The notes under the pieces are model-generated. The model was not told the origin of the DNA. It worked only from the letters and a program-made list of their open reading frames with translations, and did not search any database. A stretch of 64,000 bases of DNA from Gracilinanus agilis (taxonomy: Eukaryota): assembly GCF_016433145.1 (NCBI RefSeq), contig NC_058132.1:28828260-28892259 (forward strand), given 5' to 3'. This document shows, piece by piece, positions 13,101 through 23,116 of the stretch. A program made the translations under genes and the position numbers. Numbering within the stretch: the first letter of the stretch is position 1; every line of letters starts with the position of its first letter.

Positions 13101-16100
13101 TCTGGACAAATGTTTAGTCATCTTACTGTCCTCTCATGTCCTACAACCTGTACTACTTCCTAGTCTCCACCCCAGGACACACTGACCTCTCTATTTGCCC
13201 TCTTAAACTGTCTTAGATTAGAAAAATGAGTTACTGACTTGTTCCTGGTTATCTTACTCAGAATTTGATTTGGCAGGTTTTTTTGAAAGTTATTTAGAGT
13301 GTTCTGTTGAGAGAGATGAAAGAAATAAAAAGAGCTGGGCAAGCCTCCTGAGCCAAGATCAGACTTATTTTGAGGGCACAAAATATAGAAATCAAAGGTC
13401 TGGCAGCCCCAGTCTGCAACCAGAGGCAATCTTTTTTTTTTTTTTCTTTTTTTTAATTTTAATCCTTACCTTCCATCTTGGAGTATTGACTCCAAGGCAG
13501 AAGAGTGGTGAGGGTAGGCAATGGGAGTCAAGTGACTTGCCCAGGGTCACACAGCTGGGAAGTGTCTGAGGTCAGACTTGAACCCAGGACCTCCCATCTC
13601 TAGGCCTGGCTCTCAATCCACTGAGCTACCCAGCTGCCCCCCAGAGGCAATCTTCTTGATGCTGACAAGAATTTTTATAAGCTTTTGACAATTAAATATG
13701 TTCCTAAAATAAGGTTTGAACATTTTGCTAAAAGAGTTAATAAATTCCAGTAAAAGGGTTATGACCTGGTCAAACACCCCTTTCTCTTCACAGGTTACTT
13801 GGTTATGACACTCATTTTCCTCCAGTGTGTGGCAATAAAAGGGGAAGTGTACAGGCACTTTCATCATTGCAGAGGCTCTTACTACTATTCTTATAATCAT
13901 TACATCTTACTTAAATCACAGAGTTACAGCTTATCAACCTATTATAGAGGCTTATAAGTGATTAAAAATTACTTAATCAAATTTTCACAGAGCTCAGTGG
14001 AAGAGCTCAATTCCTTCCACTGTCTTGACTCTGTCTCCACTGGCAAATACATTTTTAGATGTTCTTCGTCACTGATCATAATTTATTTTTTTTTTAAGCC
14101 CTTACCTTCTATCTTAGAATCAATACTGTGTACTGGTTCTAAGGCAGAAAAGTGGTAAGGGCTAGGCAACGGGGTTAAATAAATGACTTTCCCAGGGTCA
14201 CTCAGCTAGAAGTGTCTGAGGCCATATTTGAACTCAGGACCTCCGGGCCTGACTCTCAATCCACTGAGCCACCCCCATCATAGTTTAAAACATGATTTAG
14301 AAATCCAAATGCTATCTTAGACACCCCATCTTTTGAGCCATCAGTTTACTTTCCAAATCCATATTTTTTTTCTTCATCCCTTGCCTTCTTTGGACTTTGG
14401 TGATGTAATCACTACCTATATATAGACTTTTGGTCTTTCGTTTCTCACCTAAGATTGAATAACTTTTGGCTCGGTTTTCTAGCAGTATCATTTGTGTCCC
14501 TGTGAATAACCTCAAGTGAGTAGTTGCTAAGACAAGTCTTATGAGGTTCTTTGCTTAAAACTTATCTTACGGAGTCAGTAGGCCTCTCTTCTGTTAGCAA
14601 AGTGAAGCCAAATGTCATTTTCCTCCCCCCTCAACAGGGATTGATGGACAATCCCCACTACATCCCTCCTGTTCTGACCCATACTGTGTGAGAGCACCAC
14701 GCCAGGTGTCAGGAATACAAAAAAAGGAACACGATTCCTGCTCTCAGGAATCTAGCCAAGGAGACAACATGTACATATGGATGGGGATGGGGATGGGGGT
14801 GGGGGGCAGTATGTGTATGTCTCTGGTGTACTGAGGGTAGTTTGGGCAAAAAGGGGAGCCAAAAAGGCTTCCTGTAGAATGTGATGCAGAAGCTGAGTCT
14901 TGAAGGAGAGGGAGTCTGTGGGGCAATGGTGCTGAGGTGGGAGATGAATGTCATGTGTGAAGGACAAACAAAGCCAGTTTGACTGGGCCATAGAGTATAG
15001 GAAGAAGAATGTATGAAGTTAGACAGGTTATGACCATGTTGAAAAAATAAACTTAGGGGTTTTTATTTGATCCTGGAGGCAATTTGGAACCACTGGTATT
15101 TGAGAAGGAAAGCGACATAATCAGAAAAGGGAAATCACTTTGTAAGAGAGGGTTGGAGTGGAGAGACTGGAGGTGAGAGGTGGTAATGATCTGAATTGTG
15201 GTGATTCAGTGTGAGGAGGGATGAATGCAAAAGTTGAGGAAGTAGAAAGGGCAGGATTTGACATCTTCTAGCCTATAGAAAGGGAGAGAATAATGCAGAC
15301 ATCATAGACTAGGAGAAGAGTGTGCCATTGACATAGAGAATTTTGGAAGAGTAGGTTAGTGAAGAAAGACTCATTGAGTTTGAGATGCTTCCAGACGGTT
15401 CAGTTTGAGATGATGTGAGATTGAAATTTCAGGGGAAGACTGGAATGGCTAGATTAAGTCTCAGTCTCTATTCAAGGAAGCTTATTGAGTACCAAGGCTA
15501 TGAAAAAAGAAAATGGCCAGTTATGTCCACAGCCAAGAACATTAGGATTGGCTGTTTAGGACATGCAGTCTTTCTAATGACCTAAAGCAGGAGCTGGCCA
15601 GCTACCCTACCTGTAGCCAAGAACAGGTTCTTCCATTTGAAAATACAATCAAATTTTGTTTACAAGTATAACCTAGTTCTTGGCACTCCAGAGCCTTCCA
15701 AAAACAGGCAGTATGACAATTTGGCCTGTGAGAAAGAGAGGAATTCCTTGATTTCACCTTCCCTTTCTGTAATTCTAGGAAAAAGATAGGCCAGCCTGCA
15801 GTTGGAACCTAGGAATTTGCTCCTTTCAGAAGTACAGATGCTGCAGGCACAGTATTAGTCACAGCAACTTTTTCCAAGCTCTCAAGGATTGAGAACCTCA
15901 TCTTTGCCTTTCAATCAGTTGAGCTTTTCACAACTCCCTTTGTTCTGGTATTTTTTTTTTTAACCTCTTTATCCCTGTTTTTATTGTATCTTGACAGTCA
16001 CCTCCAACTTCTTTCCTTCTCACAAAAAAAAAAAAATGTGAAAAGTAAGCATAGTAGCAGAACAAATCCACCCTCTGTGACCACATCCAAAAATTTCCAT

Positions 16101-19100
16101 GTTTTCTACACCCTGAACCCATCCACAGACACAAGTTAGCCAGTTGTTGCTTTGACAAACCTCAGGTAAATTGTTCTCTGATTATGATCAAGTCATAGTG
16201 CCCAAGATTCCCTTTGATCTTCCCTTCCAGCACAGTAATCTCTCCTTATATTGACATGTCACAGTCTGTCAAGCTGTTTCCCAGTGAGTGGGCCTCCTCT
16301 TCATTACCCTTCTTTCTCCCTGTTTATTCCCCTCCTTCAGAGTCAGAAGAACTTCCTTCCCCCCCTCATGCTCCCTCTTACCCCATTTCCCCCATCCCCC
16401 TTGTTGAATCTGATGTTTTTCTGTACCAAATCCTGTGGCATGTTCATCCTTCTGATGTCCACTGCTGGTAAGAGTGAGGTCCACCCCTTCCACCATGTTT
16501 ATAAACTTTTCATCTACCCCCATTATGAGAAGCAGCAGGCCCCACTGTTTTCTCCCCATCTACACTAGTAATTCTTCATCCTTGTAGTCTTTCTTCTCTT
16601 TCTCTTCAGAGAAGATCTGGTTCATCCTCATCCCTTTTTCTTATCTCTCTTGGTGGAAATTAAATCCCAAAGAAACATGTTTCTTTTCCCCTCCAGAATG
16701 TAGCTTCATATCATGAGGTCCATTCTTCAAGTACATTCATCTTCCCAGGTTTCTCTGGATTCTTTATTTTAGAGTTCCTACTTAGCTATAATACACAAAA
16801 ATGCCTTGAAGCACTCTGTTCCATTAAATATCCATTTTTTTCCCTTGTAGGATTATATTCAGCTTTGCTAGATAAATTATTCTTAATTAAACTTAACTCA
16901 TTTGACTTTTGAAATATTGTATTCCAATTTCAAAATTGCCCAGGTTTGTGGTCCTGATTATGGTTTCTTGGTACTTGGATTGCTTCCTTTTTGATCTGGC
17001 AGTATTTTTTCTTTGATATGGAATATTCTCTTTAGAGATTCCTTTCAGAAGACAATTGTTGGATCCTATATTTTCATTTTGCCATCTGGCTTTAATAGAT
17101 CTGAGCAATTTTCACTTATGATTTCTGGGCTTTTTTTTTTCTAAACATGGTTTTTCAGGGATTATAATGATGCTTAAAATATCTTGATCTATTGTTCTTC
17201 AAGTCAGTTATTTTTGACACCTGGTATTATATAGCTATATATTTTAAACTTTCTGTCTTATAGCATGATTCTAAGGCAAAGGAACAACTAAGCAATGAGG
17301 GTTGTGACTTTTCCAGGGTCACAGAGATTGGAAGTGTCCGAGGTCAGATTCAAACCCAGGTCTCCTTCTTACTCCAGGCCTGACTCTATCCACTGTGCTA
17401 TCTAGCTGCCCTTATATTAATTTGTTTGAACTCTTATTTTCAGGGAAGTTTTACTACTTTCTCTTCTAAGCTATTCAATTTCTAGTTCTTTTTATTTGTC
17501 ATTTTACTTAGAGTTATTCAAATAGTCCTTGTAGGAAATCCAGTTTCCCTTAGAGTCTCTACCTGCGTTTGTTTTTAAACCCTTACCTTCCATCTAAAAT
17601 CATTATTGTGTATTGCTTCCAAGGGAAGGCAATGGGGGTTGTGACTTGCCCAGGATCACACAGCTGGGAAGTGTCTGGGGGGAGGCCAGTCTTGAACCCA
17701 CCAGGACCTTCAGTCTCTAGGCCTGACTCTCAATCCATTGAGCCCACTTAGCTGCCTCTGCCACCTATATTTGTTAACAGAGTGATTATCTCTTTCCTCT
17801 GGATGAATCTCCAGATTTGTAGTAATTTATGGCACTCGTTAATGTTTTCTTTTTCTCAACTCTCCAGCTTTAGCTCCTAAATTGAGGTTCTGGGGTGACC
17901 AAGATACTCCCCCTGGCAGCTTTGCTCTTTTGGGCAAGGTATTTGGCCCTACCTGGTTTTCCTCTGGGCATCTGGCTCCCCTTGAACCTCTTTCTTCCAA
18001 TGCCCTCTGCTTATCCAAGGTCCAAAGTTATAGATCAAGTCAAGACAGGATGTTAGGGACCTCAGAGCCTGGGGTGGTGCCTTGGTCTGGACCACTCTCA
18101 CTCTAGTCAGAGTCCTTCCTATTTGGAGTTTAAAACTCCCCTAAGATTTTTAAGGGAGGCTTCTTTCTTGCTGCCCCTACAAACTGCTCTTATCCCTGAC
18201 CCTTTTCTGGTTATGGTGTATAGGTTTGGCTGCTTTGCTGGTGGCCCCTTTCCTGTGGCTTGTGGGCTGATGGCTTTTTGTGTATTTCTAGAGTTGAAGT
18301 CACTTTTATCATAGTTTCTCAATTGATTTCTTGGTCATTATTAAATCTGGTATGGATTTCAGGTTTTTGCCAGAATAGATGTCAGGGAGTTGGCTGGCCT
18401 CCAAGTCAACAGCCATCTTGGCTAGAAATCTCCTCCCCTGACCTGCAATGGACCTTCCCAATGTCTGCACCCATGGCAAAGATAGTGTCGAGACCAGCTC
18501 CACAGGAGGGGCATGTGAAGTGAAGAGTGGCGTCAAAGAAAACCTAAAGGTTTATGGGGAAAATGGCCTGTTCAAGTGCCCTCCACATGGGCCCCAGACA
18601 GGTGAAATGGAAAATGCCATCTCCTCCCCCCGCCCCCAGAAGACCTGTTGGACTTCCAGGCCTTCCTCAGGACTAAAGCTCAATGGAAGGTACAAAGAGG
18701 AAGGTTTCATTTGAGGATATTGGCCAACCAGCCTTACTCACCTTTCTTCTCTTAGCCTCATCTTACTCTCTCTCTTGTGCCCATCTGCCTGGAGAGAAGA
18801 CTCATCCTTGCATTGTAAAATCTTTCCTCTTTTCCAAAGCTCAGATCCCTTTCATCTCCCTTGTCAAACTGTGTTTTCCCCAGCTGAAAGTTGGCTTCCA
18901 CCTCAGACTTCCCTGAAACATTGCATCTGCCCTTCCCACTCTCCTTTATCATCGTACGTGTTTCTGTACATGAAATTTGGCCTCAGATACTTCCTAGCTG
19001 TGTGACCCTAAGCAAGTCACTTAATCCCATTTGCCTAGCCCTTACTGCTCTTATGCCTTGGAACTGGTACTTAGATCAATTCTAAGATAGAAGGTAAGGG

Positions 19101-19643
19101 TTAAAAGAAAAAGAAAAATCCTTGAGGACAGGGATCATGTTTAAAATCCCTTCACCAAACTCATGGTCCTACTCTGTGTTTAAGAGATACTCATCAAATC
19201 ACAATGAATTGTTTCCCCTCCAATACCAGAATTGCTTCAGATCCAGAAGTCTGAGGAGAAGAAACAACAAGAGCACCTGGGCCCGACCCTGCACCGCTTG
19301 GAGGAGCTGTTGGAGCAGGGACTGAATCACATCCCCCAGCTTTTGAAGGCTGTGGGGGACTGGTGAGGGGGGCCAGCTCTGGGGCTGGAGGGAACTGAGG
19401 AGGGATCAAGAAAAGGATCTAGCATGGAGAACTGAGAAGGGGTGTACCAGGGTCTGGGCTGTAAGGAAGATCCAGGACCTACAGGTGACCCAGGCCCTCC
19501 CTACTGCCTTTCACCCTGCTTTGTCCTCTAGGTGGGACCAGCCAGGCCAGAATGCACTCCCTGAAGAGCTTCAGGACCAGGACGGCCTCTCCCTACAGCA
19601 ATGGAAGCTTCGCTGGGCCCGGGCCCAGGGGCGGAGAACCTGA
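4148..19643 (+). CDS. HAUS5: HAUS augmin-like complex subunit 5, coding exons 2-19 (5'-partial)
   Basis: GT-AG exons in continuous frame: 4148-4210, 4316-4348, 4905-4929, 5312-5417, 5512-5671, 5791-5860, 5937-6016, 6121-6178, 6277-6392, 6467-6527, 6625-6758, 6863-7025, 7097-7177, 7376-7521, 7659-7770, 7858-7990, 19230-19362, 19532-19643 (TGA). Peptides [44 protein letters not shown] and [12 protein letters not shown] match human HAUS5 as recalled. Confidence 0.95.
4349..4904 (+). other. Probable U12-type (minor) GT-AG intron, HAUS5 intron 3
   Basis: Donor TG|GTATCTTCC (U12 consensus GTATCCTT; poor U2 match); branch-site consensus TCCTTAAC at 4880-4887, 17 nt before the last base of the intron. 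Confidence 0.75.
4529..4712 (-). mobile_element. SINE inside the probable U12 intron
   Basis: Reverse-complement SINE unit with T tail. Confidence 0.8.
9525..9691. mobile_element. hAT (Charlie-type) MITE, family A
   Basis: TIR CAGGGGTCGGCAAC / GGTGCCGACCCCTG; perfect 8-bp TSD GTCTATAG. Confidence 0.9.
10160..10352 (+). mobile_element. hAT MITE, family B, copy a
   Basis: CAGTGATTCCCAAA...TTTGGGAACCCCTG; TSD GCCTAGAT / GCGTAGAT. Confidence 0.88.
10753..11600 (-). mobile_element. Probable solo LTR inserted in L1 and interrupted by a MITE
   Basis: TG...CA ends, candidate TSD CATA (10749-10752 / 11601-11604), L1-like sequence resumes on both sides; contains the MITE at 11365-11558. Orientation is tentative. 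Confidence 0.5.
11365..11558 (+). mobile_element. hAT MITE, family B, copy b
   Basis: CAGTGATTCCCAAA...TTTGGGAACCACTG; perfect TSD GTCTAAAC. Confidence 0.9.
13434..13640 (-). mobile_element. SINE
   Basis: TSD CCAGAGGCAATCTT at 13420-13433 and 13641-13654. Confidence 0.9.
14085..14277 (-). mobile_element. SINE
   Basis: Matches the SINE unit. Confidence 0.8.
14690..15470 (+). mobile_element. Ancient L2-like fragment (similar at about 33500-34560 and 60830-61640)
   Basis: Purine-rich degraded LINE phrasing; no alignment was run. Confidence 0.5.
15935..17230 (-). mobile_element. Additional antisense L1-like fragments
   Basis: T-rich + strand, L1-like phrasing; boundaries approximate. Confidence 0.55.
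17240..17757 (-). mobile_element. Two older SINE copies (about 17240-17412 and 17572-17757)
   Basis: Diverged matches to the SINE unit. Confidence 0.75.
18975..19118 (+). mobile_element. 5'-truncated SINE
   Basis: Matches the 3' two-thirds of the unit, with A tail. Confidence 0.75.
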
Positions 19644-19970
19644 ATGGAGGGACTTGGACGCACCTAGCCAGACGTAAATGTGGACATGGATAGAATTGGA
19701 TAAATCCTCTCAGTGATAAAATGGCAAACTCCTCTCAGTAAAGTGCCTGAAGATTTGGGGATCAGGGCTACTCCTCTGTGCCTTTAACCTCTGACGTTCC
19801 AACTTCTCTAATCCTTCACTGCCTATGGGGCCTGTTCCTAAAGCCCCCCAATTCCACATACCCCTCAGCCAGAACTAGAGAACAGTCAGGGCTTTCTCCA
19901 GGGGACACTGTTCCCCTCTGAGGGGATATTTCTCTAAGGATAAGAAATTAAAGGATAACAGTATGATTCT

Positions 19971-20180
19971 TTTTTTTTTTTTTTTAAACCCTCACCTTCC
20001 GTCTTGGAGTCAATACTGTGTATTGGCTCCAAGGCAGAAGAGCGGCAAGGGTTAGGCAATGGGAGTGAAGTGACTTGCCCAGGGTCACACAGCTGGGAAG
20101 TGTCTGAGACCAGATTTGAACCTAGGACCTCCAAGTCTCTAGGCCTGGTTCTCAATCCACTGAGCTACCCAGCTGCCCCC
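19971..20180 (-). mobile_element. SINE
   Basis: Near-consensus; GTATGATTCT repeated on both flanks. Confidence 0.9.
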
Positions 20181-20574
20181 TGAAGGTATGATTCTAAGGG
20201 AGAAGATGGGGAGTGAGGGGGAGGACAGATCTGTGGCAGAACTAGAAATGAGCTCCCACTCTAGAGGTTCTTTAGACAGACAAACAAGGTAAAGCCTGAG
20301 CTCAGGGCTGGCCTAAGGGCCCAGGACCAGGCCTAGAAGCCAATTGGCCCTGACCCAAGAGCCAGTCTCCAAGCTGTCACCCTCAGTGTGCCCTTGGCTC
20401 CTTCCTGATATGCTACACATGAGGAGAGGGCAGACTGGGAAGCACAGCTCCCCCTACCTTGGTTTGGCCAGGGAGGGGTGAGGTGCCCTTCACTAGAGAG
20501 GATACAGTGGAATCTGCCCTTGATGAGGGTCCACATCTTCCATGGGACCATCTTTCTCAGAGCTTTCTAAGCTT

Positions 20575-20785
20575 TTTTTTTTAAACCCTTACCTTCCATC
20601 TTAGAATCAATATTGTGTTACTGGTTCCAAGGCAGAAAAGAAGTAACAGCTGGGCAAGGGGAGGGTGAGGGGGTAAATGACTTGCCCATGGTCACACAGC
20701 TAGGAAGTATCTAAGGTCAAGTTTGAACCCAGTACATCCCATCTCTGGGCCTGGCTCTCAACCTGCTGAGCCACCCAACTACCCC
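20575..20785 (-). mobile_element. SINE
   Basis: Diverged match with T tail. Confidence 0.8.
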
Positions 20786-22519
20786 CTTCCAAGGTTCTTA
20801 AATGTTTCCTGCTTCAATGTGTGTGATATGTCAAACATGTCATGGGAGGGTCACTTCAGGCATCCTGGACTCCTACAGAGGTCAGACTTCCCCAGAAAGA
20901 GGGAAATGCTTCCCCCCAGGCCTTGGGCTACTCAGCCACCATTTTCTTAACAAGATCTTTCCTAGGAGAGTAGCAGTGTATTTACTGGGGAGTGGGAAGA
21001 AGGGAGTAGAGATAAGGCAGGGATAGAAGCCAGACCCTGAACCCCTGCTGGAGAGTCAGACCTTCTAGGAGATGATACTGCTACCCCTCCAACTGTAGCT
21101 TTTTGCCCTCCTAAACTACTTAAAACTTCCCCATAGATCCAAGCTTAGGGATAGGATGCAGCTGGAAACACTAAAGGGCTGCCATCCCCCAGGCCCCCAG
21201 GCATATGACCAGGGACCTCTGCTCTGGAAGTTTTGGCTTCCCCAGTCTCCCAGGAAACCTGAATTCCAATAACCTGGCTGAAAAATCAGGGGTGGGAATT
21301 CAGTTCTGACTCCCATTTCAGGTATGACACTCTGTCTGAGGCTATTTCCTTCCTAAGGCAGGACAAGGTGGTCTGCAAGGTCCCTCCCTTTAATTTTCTG
21401 AGTCTGAGATTTGGGCTCCATTTGGTTATTTCTTCAGTTCTTATTAATATTAGTTGAATTCGACCTTAAATCACTTCTACTTTCTCAGGCCTCAGCAATC
21501 CATGGATAGGGACTTTGCAAAATGATTCTTGAAGATCTCTGCTAGGTCTTCCCTGAATTTGGAGGGTTTGGGGCAGGTGGGAACAGAGACTGGCTTCAAG
21601 CTTCCTTCCAACCTCTCTTTGCTGTAAAGGTTTCCAGCCCCTTTCTCCCCTCAGTCATCAGGACTCTTCTGTACCAAGTATAAAGAAGCCAGTTCTTTTC
21701 TTAAGCTTACTCCGAGGCCCTAGAAATACAAGGCCTGACTGAATACAGTCCCCGTATTTATTCTACTGGAAGTTTGCACTAAATAGGACCAGCCTGCCAG
21801 CAGGTTCTCTTGGGGAAGGGGAAAGACTATCTTCCCTCACCTTCCTGGTAACTGCCCCCTTCCCCAAAGAGAGGGCATCTTTTATGTTATTTGTTCCAGG
21901 TTTAAAAAAAGAAAGTAGTTATAACCAATAAGCCTGTGTCCTCTCTCCTCTCTTTCCCAGTCCACCACACCCAAGTAAAAAGCAGGTCAGTTGTACATAG
22001 CCCAGTCTAAGGAAAAGTCAGGGAGTTAAGTCAGCCCCCATCCAAGGATCAGGGAAAAGTTCTCTGAGACCTCCCCGACCTCAGCTAGACCTCAGCAATT
22101 ACCTCTTTCTCCGTATTATCTGTACCTAAACTCTCATGGGCAACCTCCCCTCCCTCACCCCCATAAAAAAAGCTCATCTTGGCTTCTGGTTGAATAGTCT
22201 CCTAGAAAGGGGCATTTTCCTCCCAGAAAAGGGGTACCCCTCCCTTACTTGGTAAAAGTGACCTTCATCCCATACCTATTAGTCCTTCAGTTTTCAGTTA
22301 TAATAGCATATCTCCCTTTAAAATTTAGAAAACACATTATAGTTATCTCACGTGATCCTCAAGAATCCTGGGAGGCAAGTATTTTTTTTTTTTTTACACT
22401 TGGAGGAACCAAGGGAGGCTTTGTAATAAGTATTATTACTGCTCCTTGGCCCTCTTCCCATTTCCCTACACTTCAAGTCTCCCTAATCTTTATTCAACCT
22501 CCAATATGTATTTTAAACT

Positions 22520-22690
22520 ATCTTCTTGCCTTAGAATCGATAAGTATTAGTTCCAAGGCGGTAGAGTGGCAAGGACTTGGCAAAGGGCAATGACTTGCCC
22601 AGGGTCACACAGCTAGGACATGTCTGGGGTCAAGTTTGAACCCAGGACCTCCTGCCTCCAGACCTAGGTCTCTATCCACTGAGCCACTTA
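22520..22690 (-). mobile_element. SINE next to the RBM42 promoter
   Basis: Matches the SINE unit. Confidence 0.75.
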
Positions 22691-22719
22691 TCTATTGAAA
22701 TAGCCATTCCCCTCTCCTT

Positions 22720-23116
22720 ACTGCTTCCCAAGGAGGTGACCCTTAGCCTCCGCTCTTCGCAGGCTTCCAGGGTTCCCAGACCGTACTTTGCATTTTCCTA
22801 CCGAAAAAGCCAAAGGGTGGAATTTGGCTTCGTGCGGGGCGTTTCTGGTGGGAGCTGGCGGAACACGTCGGCCAAAGGAACTCTCCACCAGTGTGTAGTG
22901 AGAAGGAAACAAAGTTGCGAGCTGGGGGCGTGGCCTTCATTCATCGAGCCTTCATTGGCTGTGGTCAATGAGGGGCCCTCTGCGCCTGCGTGTCTGCTGG
23001 GCCCTCACGAAGTGAGGTTGATTGGCTCTCTTTGAACACGTGCGCGTTGCGTCATCGGCGTGCGCCTCACAGACGGCCTGACGGTGGCCGCGGCGGAAGC
23101 AGCTGTGGCGACGACG
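22720..23116 (+). promoter_or_regulatory. RBM42 CpG-island promoter / 5' UTR
   Basis: CpG-dense; reverse CCAAT boxes (ATTGG near 22955 and 23020), CACGTG at 23037-23042, TGCGTCA just downstream; ends at ATG 23117. Confidence 0.7.

Larger units (their letters stand above)
9440..13240 (-). mobile_element. Fragmented antisense L1 in HAUS5 intron 17
   Basis: T-rich + strand; minus-strand peptide [14 protein letters not shown]...TNKTNA resembles L1 ORF2; split by MITEs and a probable solo LTR. Confidence 0.7.

Noticed and set aside
14779-14806. (GGGGAT)n G-quadruplex-forming run
   Set aside because: A short simple repeat inside an old LINE fragment deep in an intron, with no contextual support for function.
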